Positions 1 through 7,429 of a stretch of 36,695 nucleotides of DNA are shown here, piece after piece (the stretch's first letter is position 1; every line of letters starts with the position of its first letter). Source of the DNA: a bacterium (GTDB lineage: Bacteria; Armatimonadota; HRBIN16); the NCBI GenBank assembly GCA_025054895.1, contig JANWYZ010000002.1, positions 1-36,695 of the forward strand, in the 5' to 3' direction. Position numbers and translations under genes: made by a program. The notes under the pieces are model-generated. The model searched no databases, was not told the origin of the DNA, and saw only the letters and a list, made by a program, of their open reading frames with translations.

Positions 1-28
1 ATAGCCCACCATTTCAATGGTGGGCTAT
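1..28. repeat. REP-like perfect hairpin ATAGCCCACCA-TTTCAA-TGGTGGGCTAT
   Basis: Positions 1-11 and 18-28 are exact reverse complements. A degenerate inverted copy with an identical arm (TTGAAATGGTGGGCTAT) lies at 31697-31722. Confidence 0.7.
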
Positions 29-81
29 CAGGGAGGTAATCCCCAATTCACAACTTAACAGAGCACTAGAGGTGACACGAC

Positions 82-113
82 GAGATGCTTCGCTGACGCT
101 CAGCATGACAAGG
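82..113. repeat. Partial copy of the GATGCTTCGC...GCTCAGCATGACA palindromic repeat family
   Basis: gagatgcttcgctgacgctcagcatgacaaggg closely matches 31893-31925 and 32109-32140. Confidence 0.65.
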
Positions 114-130
114 GGGCGGCTCGGCTGGGG

Positions 131-646
131 CTATCCCCTCCTGCGTTCCCGCCGGAACTCCCAAGGCGGTACGGGGTTCTTCTCGCGCCACAAGCCGCGC
201 CGTTCGCGGCGAGCCTCTTCCTCCAGCTGCTGCAGCACCGGGTCGTCCGAATAGCGGCGGTACCACCACGCATAACCGTTGCGCACCAGCTCGCGGTTCA
301 GGCTGCGCCCATCGGGCAGGATGACCTCGCCAAGGATGCGTCCGTACTGGTCGGTGCCGCGTATCTGCACTGCGACTGTCTTACCGAAAGCGAGCTCAGC
401 GGTGAATTGCTTCGCCCGCGTGCCGTAAGCCTGGTGGCTTTCGGGGCAATCTACCCCCTGCAGGCGCACACGCACTGCCCGCCCTGCACGCATCACCTCG
501 ATTGTATCACCGTCGGAGACGCCTACCACCCGACCGGTGAAGTCGCCCCGCGCAGGCATCCACCGATACCAGAGCGCGGATGCCACCAGAACCAGCACGA
601 CGGCGGCTAACGGAACGGTTGTCCGGGATACTCTGCCTCTGCGCAT
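131..646 (-). CDS. Thermonuclease (staphylococcal nuclease, SNase) family protein with N-terminal membrane anchor
   Basis: 171 aa. An N-terminal hydrophobic helix (VPLAAVVLVLVASALW) is followed by SNase-like motifs: VSDGDTIEV, VRLQGVDCPE, AKQFT, DQYGRILGEV, NRELVRNGYAWWY, EEEARRERRGLW. Confidence 0.8.
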   Translation of the reverse strand: MRRGRVSRTTVPLAAVVLVLVASALWYRWMPARGDFTGRVVGVSDGDTIEVMRAGRAVRVRLQGVDCPESHQAYGTRAKQFTAELAFGKTVAVQIRGTDQYGRILGEVILPDGRSLNRELVRNGYAWWYRRYSDDPVLQQLEEEARRERRGLWREKNPVPPWEFRRERRRG

Positions 647-774
647 AGCAGTTGATAGTTCGCGATTGGCGCAAGGGCATCCTGCGGAAACATGTTTCTA
701 CCTCAGAGACGCGCCTTGACATCACCTCCTGAATAAGCCAAAATGAAATCGTACACTTGCAGATGAGGTTCATC

Positions 775-1317
775 ATGCGTATCTACACCAGGACGGGCGA
801 TAACGGTACCACAGGCTTGATAGGCGGGCAGAGGGTGAGTAAAGATTCGCCCCGTGTGGAAGCTTACGGGAGCGTGGATGAGCTGAACGCGCATCTGGGG
901 CTGGCTCTCGTGCACCTGCAAGCGCATGAACGTTTCTGCCACATATTACAGCAGGTTCAGAACGACTTGTTCGTTATCGGGTCGGAGCTGGCAACGCCCA
1001 CGAACAGGAAACCGGTGGTCGCTCCTGTTTCAGAGCAACAGGTGCAGGCTCTGGAGCGGTGCATTGACGAGCTGGAGGCAGGCTTAGAGCCTCTACGCCA
1101 CTTTATCCTGCCCGGAGGAGCGCCCGCATCAGCCGCTTTGCACGTGGCTCGCGCCGTATGCCGGCGAGCGGAGCGGCGTGTGGTCACGCTGTTCCATATT
1201 GAACCCGGGAACTCGTTTATTATCACCTACCTGAACCGCCTGGCAGACCTGCTCTTTGTTATGGCGCGGGCGGTTAACGCGGCAGAGAGCGTTCAGGACG
1301 TTATCTGGGACGGTTAA
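775..1317 (+). CDS. PduO-type ATP:cob(I)alamin adenosyltransferase
   Basis: Hallmark N-terminus MRIYTRTGDNGTTGL, then RVEAYGSVDELNAHLG, FILPGG and AALHVARAVCRRAER. I chose the internal ATG at 775 rather than the ORF-track start at 757. Confidence 0.85.
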   Translation: MRIYTRTGDNGTTGLIGGQRVSKDSPRVEAYGSVDELNAHLGLALVHLQAHERFCHILQQVQNDLFVIGSELATPTNRKPVVAPVSEQQVQALERCIDELEAGLEPLRHFILPGGAPASAALHVARAVCRRAERRVVTLFHIEPGNSFIITYLNRLADLLFVMARAVNAAESVQDVIWDG

Positions 1318-1321
1318 AGCG

Positions 1322-2389
1322 ATGGATGTATCGGTTATCGGCGCAAGCGGCGACTGCGGGCGCGAAATCGCTATCCAGCTGGTAGAGGAGCGGGTGCTCT
1401 CCCCTACCGATCGGCTACAGCTCGTGGGCAGAAGAGGCGGCAGGAGCGAGCAGGTGTTGTTTGGCTTGCGCAGCGACCTGTCCGACGCCTACGCAGAGAT
1501 TGCCCCCGAGCTGGACGTAGCGCTCCACCCCGAAGAGGTAGTCGGCGACATCATCGTCATGGCAGCAGGGCAATCGGTGCCCGTTAGTACCGACAGCGTA
1601 CCTTCCCGTGACACGCTGGCGCAAACCAACCTTTCGGTATTCCACACTTATGCCTGCGCTATCGAGAAGTACGGTCACGGCAACGAGGTAGTGATTATCG
1701 TCACCAATCCAGTGGAGCTGGGTGTAGAGATATTCAGCCGCTATCTGGGCAGGCATCGGGTAATAGGCATCGGCGCGTACTCCGATTCGCTGCGTTTCCG
1801 CCGCGAAATCGCCGCCGACGTGGGCGTGCGCCGCCAGATGGTACACGCCTTCGTGGTGGGCGAGCACGGCGAGCAGATGGTCCCTCTCTGGAGCAGCCTG
1901 CGTATCTACGGGATGGACATGGAAGAGATGCTGGTGATTAGCGAGCGGTTGCGTCGAAACCGCACCGCGCTGGACTTTCCCCATGAAGTCACACGGGAGA
2001 AGCTGCACACCATCGCTTACCTGCAACAAGGGCTGGTTCGCGAGGCGTTCGATCATGTAGACCGTCTTCCGCCCGACCTGCGCGTGGTGCTGAAACCCTA
2101 TCTCACCCATCTCTCCGGCGCGAAGACCGCAGTGGCAACCGCCAACGTAACCGTAGACCTCGTGCGCACGTTGATGGACGGGCGCGAAATCGTGGTAGCG
2201 GGACAGGTGCGGCTAGATGGAGAGTTCTATGGCATCCACACCACCGTCGGTGCGCCGATAGTCGTCGGCAATAGCGGCTGGTCGCAGGTGGTTCCATTAC
2301 AGTTATGGGAAGATGAAGCGCGGTTGCTGATGCAATCCGCCAGCCAGATTCAGCGCAAGCTGCGGGAGTGGACGAAGCATGGGCAATGA
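1322..2389 (+). CDS. Lactate/malate dehydrogenase family oxidoreductase (atypical, with insertion)
   Basis: Contains VIGASGDCG (Rossmann), VTNPVE, SDSLRFRREIA (substrate-Arg motif) and VVGEHGEQ (catalytic-His motif). The ATG at 1322 lies 4 nt after the upstream stop. Confidence 0.7.
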   Translation: MDVSVIGASGDCGREIAIQLVEERVLSPTDRLQLVGRRGGRSEQVLFGLRSDLSDAYAEIAPELDVALHPEEVVGDIIVMAAGQSVPVSTDSVPSRDTLAQTNLSVFHTYACAIEKYGHGNEVVIIVTNPVELGVEIFSRYLGRHRVIGIGAYSDSLRFRREIAADVGVRRQMVHAFVVGEHGEQMVPLWSSLRIYGMDMEEMLVISERLRRNRTALDFPHEVTREKLHTIAYLQQGLVREAFDHVDRLPPDLRVVLKPYLTHLSGAKTAVATANVTVDLVRTLMDGREIVVAGQVRLDGEFYGIHTTVGAPIVVGNSGWSQVVPLQLWEDEARLLMQSASQIQRKLREWTKHGQ

Positions 2390-2846
2390 ACGCTGGGTAT
2401 TCGTGATCAAGGTGCAGGACAAGCCGGGCGCTTTGACCGCCATCGCCTCGGTGTTCTCCAGTCGGGGCGTTTCGCTGGACACTACGTTGGGCAGCAGCGC
2501 GGTAGGTATCACCGACACGCCGGGCACGATTGTGCTGAGCTTTCGCGCCACCGAGCGCAAGAAGGAGACCCTCTTACGTACGGTGTCGCGCCTGCAGCAG
2601 GTACAGCAGGTGCAGGCGTATCCCTATACCTCTCGCGAGCTGCGCAGTATCGCCATCGCCCGCGTCGCGCCCGAAGAGAAGATGGATTTCGCCGCAAAGG
2701 GCATACAGACGGAGATTATTTCTGAGAGAGGCGACAGTAAAACGATGCTCATCACCGGTAGCACGCAGGCGGTAGATAAAACAGTGGAGACGCTACGCGA
2801 ACGCGGCACGTTGCTGGATGCGGTCGGTACGGTTATGGCGGTGTGA
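2379..2846 (+). CDS. ACT-domain protein resembling an acetolactate synthase small (regulatory) subunit
   Basis: 155 aa. N-terminal ACT signature (VFVIKVQDKPGALTAIASVFSSRGVSLD) plus a second half laid out like the AHAS small-subunit C-terminal domain. It overlaps the upstream stop by 11 nt. Confidence 0.6.
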   Translation: MGNERWVFVIKVQDKPGALTAIASVFSSRGVSLDTTLGSSAVGITDTPGTIVLSFRATERKKETLLRTVSRLQQVQQVQAYPYTSRELRSIAIARVAPEEKMDFAAKGIQTEIISERGDSKTMLITGSTQAVDKTVETLRERGTLLDAVGTVMAV

Positions 2847-2925
2847 GGATGCCTCGTAAGCCGGTGCTCAGTCCCAGCCCCATGCACGCGCCCTGACACT
2901 GCCCCAGCTCCTTCATCTGCTTGAT

Positions 2926-3933
2926 TTGCTCCAGCATCTGCTTGACCAGCTCGCCGAGGCGCATCGGGGCGCGTCGGACTATGTGCGCCCGGAGGAGAAC
3001 ATCGAGGCGAAGGTCTCGCGCTTCTATGACCGTATCAGCCTGCCGCTGCTGACCGACCTGCGCCTGCGCATCGAGGGCGTGGAGACCTACGAGGTGTACC
3101 CCGCGGAGCTGCCCGACCTGTTCGCGGGCGACCAGATTGTAGTGACGGGTCGCTACAAAGGCAGTGGACGCGGGGCGATGGTGCTGGAGGCGATGTCGCG
3201 TCAGCAGCGCGAGCGTATCCGCCACGCAGTGGACTTCCCCGAACGCGCCGAGAGCATGGATTTCATCCCCCGTCTGTGGGCGGTGCGCAAAATCGGATAC
3301 CTGCTGGACGAGGTGCGCCTGCATCGCAATCAGGAGGTCATCGACGAAATCGTGCGCCTGGCGAAGGAGTACGGGGTGGTCACCGAGTTCACCTCCTTCC
3401 TGATAGAGGAGGACATGATTCTGGCGCAGGCGGGTGACCGCAGGATGCTCTCACGTGCTCAGGGTTTGGTGTTTGGCATGGCTCAACCGCCATCGGGTGC
3501 AGCGGCTGTGGACACCAGCGTACAGGCGCAAACCCTGCAGAGGCGGGGCTTCGGTGGCGCGGCAGCTCCTCTGCCAGGAATAGTTGCAGGAAGAGGCGGG
3601 CAAAGCCAGGAGAGCCTGGGGCTGGCGTACACGCCTTCTGGAGTTTCCGAGCGCGCGCAGCAGGTGGTGCGTAACATCGGCACGCGCACCTTCTACCAGC
3701 AGAGCAAACAATGGGTGGATAGCAGATACCAGAAGGGGCAGCGCGTGATTACCGTGCAGGCGTTCAGTGAAGCGCATTTTGCATTGCTACGCAAACGCCC
3801 TGACCTGCGGCAGTACCTCTCGCTGGGCGAGGACGTGCTGGTACAGCTGGAGCGCGTGGCGGTACAGATTGCGCCACAGGGAAAATCCAGCCTGAGTGAA
3901 GAGGAATGGAGGCTGATTGGAACGCAATCGTAA
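2926..3933 (+). pseudogene. 5'-truncated remnant of a VIT/von Willebrand-A domain protein (C-terminal region only)
   Basis: - From about 2975 the translation (YVRPEENIEAKVSRFYDRISLPLLTDLRL, DFIPRLWAVRKIGYLLDEVRL, EVIDEIVRLAKEYGVVTEFTSFL) matches what I remember of the post-vWA C-terminal region of large bacterial VIT-vWA proteins.
- No VIT or vWA domain precedes it.
- The in-frame upstream sequence is Leu-rich junk back to a stop at 2857.
- The only start is a TTG without a Shine-Dalgarno sequence. Confidence 0.5.
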
Positions 3934-3965
3934 CCAGAGCAGGAGCGCTACAACCGTATGAAGTG

Positions 3966-3990
3966 GCACGGGCATCTTGCCCGTGCTTTG
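3966..3990 (+). terminator. Hairpin GCACGGGC-ATCTT-GCCCGTGC followed by TTTG; also a member of a dispersed REP family
   Basis: Perfect 8-bp GC-rich stem 33 nt after the stop at 3933, followed by a short T run. Related copies lie at 11556-11578 and 28541-28563. Confidence 0.55.
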
Positions 3991-4035
3991 CATCGCAGAC
4001 GGGCTAAGCATCTGTGGTGAGGAGCGAGGGTATTC

Positions 4036-4064
4036 TTGCGCTGTGCACAGGCTTGAGGTATAAT
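4036..4064 (+). promoter_or_regulatory. Sigma70-like promoter: TTGCGC, 17-nt spacer, TATAAT
   Basis: -35 at 4036-4041, exactly 17 nt of spacer, consensus -10 at 4059-4064. It points toward the efflux operon about 580 nt downstream. Confidence 0.5.
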
Positions 4065-4646
4065 TGTTTAGCACAGGAAAGAAACAGCATCCCTTGTGAG
4101 AGGGTACGCTTCTGCTTATGCTCAAAGCTACGAAGTACATCTGGGTAGTGGCGTTCCTGCACATTGCTTATGTGGGGTACTGGCATTGCCACCAGTGTGC
4201 GGTTCCGTTTGCTCCTGTGCAGTGGACGGCTTCTCAGGCACAAAGCCGTTCCGTATCCATCCACAGTATAGCCTCTCCACAATGTTCACCCTGCGTAACA
4301 GACTGTGTATTACCCTTTGTACTGGGGCGGACTGGGGGAGAACAAGGCATTCCGATTGCCCAGGAAGTTCTGGAACAGCCTTATCTCCACATACCCGCGG
4401 TAGAAGAACCAGCTGGCTTACGCTCCGGTATTGACCCTCTGACACCTCGTTATGTGCTGCTTGTTCACCGCTCTCACGGTCGCCGAGCACCTCCTTATCT
4501 CGCCTATACCGGTTAACAGCCAACGCTGCTGAATTACGATTCTGTGTTACGTGCATCCTGTGCGTCAAACACTGACGACTTGACAGCTTGTGGCTCGCAC
4601 TGAGGGCAAATCAACCCTTTCCTCAAAGTTCAACAAAGGAGGCGAG

Positions 4647-5873
4647 ATGAGGCTACTGGTTATTGGGAGCATTCTTTTGATGCTCAACATCATTTCAATG
4701 GCAGAGGAATTGAGTTTTGAGCAGGCGCTGCAGACGGCGGCGCGTCTCAATCCATCGTTGAGGGCTGCGCGTTGGGAGGTGGCTTCAGCGCAGGGTCTCA
4801 TGTCGGCAGCTAGACGTCCTGCCCCGCTAGAGGTGTTACTGGCGCCTGCTCTCGCTACTGGCGGAACGGAGGAGGAGCTGATGATGGCTCAACCTCTGGA
4901 GATAAACGGGATGCGTACAGCACGCGCTCGCCTGGCTGCCGCTGAACTGTCCCTGTCGCTTGCAGAGGCAGAGATTGCGTTGAATGAGGTACTTGCTGAG
5001 GTCGCTGCAGCATACCTCGAAGCGATGTATCGTGATCGCCTGGCTCAGATTGCACGCGAGGCGTTGCACAACGCAGAGCAAGTAGCGTATCTTGTGCGCC
5101 AGCAGATAGAGGCAGGTGCGCGCCCCGGCATAGACCTTGTGCAGGCAGAGATCGAGGCAGAGCGTGTGCGACTGCAAAGCAGACAACGAGAAGCCGAAGC
5201 CTCCAGCGTACGGGTCAGGCTCAATACGCTGTTAGGCTACCCGCAGGATAGACAGTATACCTTCACGCCGTTACCCGCTTCCCTATTCAGGGAGCAAAGT
5301 GCAGTAGAATCTGCCAGGGTACCAGAGGTGGCTCGCGAGCAAGCGCTGCTAAACGTCTATCAACGGCGTGTAGAACAGACACGTCTAGAAGGCATCCCAG
5401 ACGTAGCGGTACGGCTGCGCGTGGAGAGGTGGGTGGGTAAGCGTACCCGCCCTGGAGTGGCGTTAGCCATCAACTTACCCTTCCTGGACTACAGCGCAAG
5501 GCAAGAACGCCTGATGGCACAGAACCGGCAGGTAGCTGCACAGCAGCTGCGATTGCAAGCAACACAGCAAAAACTTGTGGGCGAACAAGAGCGTGCCCGA
5601 CTGCTGCTGGAGTCCGCTCGCGTCCGCTGGCGAGGCTTTGAGCAACAGATATTGCCCCGTACAGAGCAACTGGCGCGCTCTGCACAGGTGGGCTTAGAGA
5701 CGGGAGCCCTGAACATTTTGCAAGTGCTGGAGGCGCAGCGCACAGTACGCTCAGCGCGTGAAGAGGCAGTCGAGGCAGAGCTCCAGCTCGCGCTAGCATG
5801 GGTAGAGAACCAGCGGATTCATGGCTACTTCGCCCGTACCTACTCCTCGTTCTGGAAGGAGGCTCAACCATGA
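4647..5873 (+). CDS. TolC/CzcC-family outer-membrane efflux protein
   Basis: 408 aa with a signal-like N-terminus (MRLLVIGSILLMLNIISMA). The rest is repetitive Ala/Leu/Gln/Arg-rich coiled-coil typical of outer-membrane factors. AAGGAGG sits 5 nt upstream of the ATG at 4647, and the stop overlaps the next gene (ATGA). Confidence 0.8.
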   Translation: MRLLVIGSILLMLNIISMAEELSFEQALQTAARLNPSLRAARWEVASAQGLMSAARRPAPLEVLLAPALATGGTEEELMMAQPLEINGMRTARARLAAAELSLSLAEAEIALNEVLAEVAAAYLEAMYRDRLAQIAREALHNAEQVAYLVRQQIEAGARPGIDLVQAEIEAERVRLQSRQREAEASSVRVRLNTLLGYPQDRQYTFTPLPASLFREQSAVESARVPEVAREQALLNVYQRRVEQTRLEGIPDVAVRLRVERWVGKRTRPGVALAINLPFLDYSARQERLMAQNRQVAAQQLRLQATQQKLVGEQERARLLLESARVRWRGFEQQILPRTEQLARSAQVGLETGALNILQVLEAQRTVRSAREEAVEAELQLALAWVENQRIHGYFARTYSSFWKEAQP

Positions 5874-7429
5874 CAACACCCCGTGTTGTTGCAGTAACCA
5901 CATCACTGGTGCTTCTTACTGCGATGGTAACTGGCGCACTACTGTGGCTACGTGCAAACCGAACACAACACCCGTCCCCAATAGTCACCGCCGAGGAAGC
6001 AAACTTTCCGGAGAGGATTACCCTGTCCGCAGAAAGTCTGCGATTGGCTGGACTGAGCATAGAGACAGTGCGTCTGCAGCCCCTGCGCCGGACCTTGCGG
6101 CTATTTGGAGAGATCGAGTCTGCTCCCGAAAGCGTGGTTGACCTGAATGCTCCTGTCGCGGGGCGTGTGTTGCAGATTCGCGCTCGGACAGGCGCTGCGG
6201 TTCAGGCAGGGCAGGTCCTGGCGATACTCGACAGCCCAGAAGTGCACCGTGCTCAGGCTGCTTACACTCTTGCCACGCGTAAGATGCAGTTCGCCTTCGC
6301 CGATCTGCAGCGCCGGCGCAATATGGCGCAATTGGGGACGTTTGATAACCCCCTGTTTGAGGATGCGCGTAGAGATATGGCGCAGGCTCGGGCAGAGTTG
6401 CGCTCCGCAGAATCAGAATACCGGGCTGCCCTACAGGCAGTGGAGAGCGAACAATCCAGCGTCCGGAAGGCGCGCGTCGCCTTGCAGCTGTCGCAGACTC
6501 GTCTGGAGCGCGCCAAACGGCTCCTCAACGCGCAGATCATTGCCCAGCAAGAATACGATGCCCTGTACGCCGAAACCGAAACAGCAGCTGCAGATTTGCA
6601 GGCCGCCGAAGCCCGCCTCGACAGCGCTCACGCAGACCTCTCCTCCGCTGAGGCACGCCTCCAGTCTGCGAGGGAAAGTTTTCAGATTGCTCAAGACAAA
6701 TTACGGCGCAGCGAGCAGATGCTTCGAGGACAATACCTGAGTAACAGAGAAGTTGCAGACGCCGAAGCGCACTACCAACAAGCCCGGCTGGAGAGGGAAG
6801 CCGCAGAGGTGGAACTACGCCTTCTCCAGAGCAAACCTGGTGCAGGAAGCTTGCTACGAATCGTCGCTCCGTTCGACGGAAGAGTTGTCGAACTGCGGGC
6901 GACGGTTGGGGAGACAGTGACTCCAGAGAAACCCATACTCCGCGTTATTAATACCAGCACACTATGGGCAGTGTTTGATCTGTATCCTGAAAACCTTTCC
7001 CTGGTGCGAACAGGACAGCGAGTACGTTTCCAAACAGACGCCTCGCCCCACACAGAGTACGAGGCGGTAATAGAGACCATCATGCCTCAGCTGACCCACG
7101 ACGTGCGCGTGGTGAAGGCGCGCGCCCGGATACTGAACTACAGGGGGACGCTAAAACCTGGGCAGTTTATCGAGGGCAAGATGACAGTAACCGCAGGTAA
7201 GAACGATTTGCTGCTCGTGCCTTCCGAGGCGGTGCAAAGGATCGAGGGCAAGACCTGTGTGTTTGTCCAAACAACCACCCCCGGTGAGTTTCAAGTGCGC
7301 CCAGTGCAGGTAGCCAGGCAGGTGGACAACCTGTCGGAAATTCGCGGTGGACTACGTCCCGGAGAGCGCATCGTGGTGCGTAATGCGTTCCTGCTGAAAG
7401 GCATGCTTGCTGGCGGAGGTGATCACTAA
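5870..7429 (+). CDS. RND efflux periplasmic adaptor (CzcB/CusB/HlyD family) with an unusually long coiled-coil hairpin
   Basis: Layout: N-terminal TM helix, lipoyl-like half motifs (VAGRVLQIRARTGAAVQAGQVLAILDSPE ... IVAPFDGRVVELRATVGETV), about 190 aa of uninterrupted coiled coil between them, and C-terminal beta-barrel/MP domains. ATGA overlap upstream and TAATG overlap downstream. Confidence 0.85.
   Translation: MTTPRVVAVTTSLVLLTAMVTGALLWLRANRTQHPSPIVTAEEANFPERITLSAESLRLAGLSIETVRLQPLRRTLRLFGEIESAPESVVDLNAPVAGRVLQIRARTGAAVQAGQVLAILDSPEVHRAQAAYTLATRKMQFAFADLQRRRNMAQLGTFDNPLFEDARRDMAQARAELRSAESEYRAALQAVESEQSSVRKARVALQLSQTRLERAKRLLNAQIIAQQEYDALYAETETAAADLQAAEARLDSAHADLSSAEARLQSARESFQIAQDKLRRSEQMLRGQYLSNREVADAEAHYQQARLEREAAEVELRLLQSKPGAGSLLRIVAPFDGRVVELRATVGETVTPEKPILRVINTSTLWAVFDLYPENLSLVRTGQRVRFQTDASPHTEYEAVIETIMPQLTHDVRVVKARARILNYRGTLKPGQFIEGKMTVTAGKNDLLLVPSEAVQRIEGKTCVFVQTTTPGEFQVRPVQVARQVDNLSEIRGGLRPGERIVVRNAFLLKGMLAGGGDH

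Noticed and set aside
66-269. Short ORFs 66-269 (-) and 72-254 (+)
   Set aside because: They overlap REP elements and the 3' end of the nuclease gene, are Arg/Pro/Ala-rich and have no start context.
2833-2964. 43-aa minus-strand micro-ORF (MRLGELVKQMLEQIKQMKELGQCQGACMGLGLSTGLRGILTPP) that superficially resembles a leader plus Cys-containing core peptide
   Set aside because: No modification, transport or immunity genes are nearby and I saw no Shine-Dalgarno sequence. It overlaps the 3' end of the ACT gene and lies at the suspected rearrangement breakpoint, so it is more likely a by-product of the scar.
4053-4064. Shared extended -10 motif TTGAGGTATAAT (also TTGAGGTATACT on the minus strand at 13488-13499 and TTGAGCATAAT at 32235-32245)
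   Set aside because: There are only three instances, and the register relative to the -10 hexamer differs by one base in the third. This is too few to claim an organism-specific promoter element.
4128-4568. 146-aa minus-strand ORF and the 112-aa plus-strand ORF (4096-4434) in the unexplained region
   Set aside because: They mutually overlap with the 4118-4516 ORF and have no ribosome-binding sites or recognisable motifs. At most one of the three can be real, and only 4118-4516 has any supporting features.
4071-4646. Known metal-sensing riboswitch (for example the czcD/NiCo type) in the efflux leader
   Set aside because: A short CTGGGGCGGACTGGGGGAG stretch is the only vague resemblance. I cannot reconstruct the conserved four-way-junction consensus from memory, so this is not supportable without an Rfam scan.
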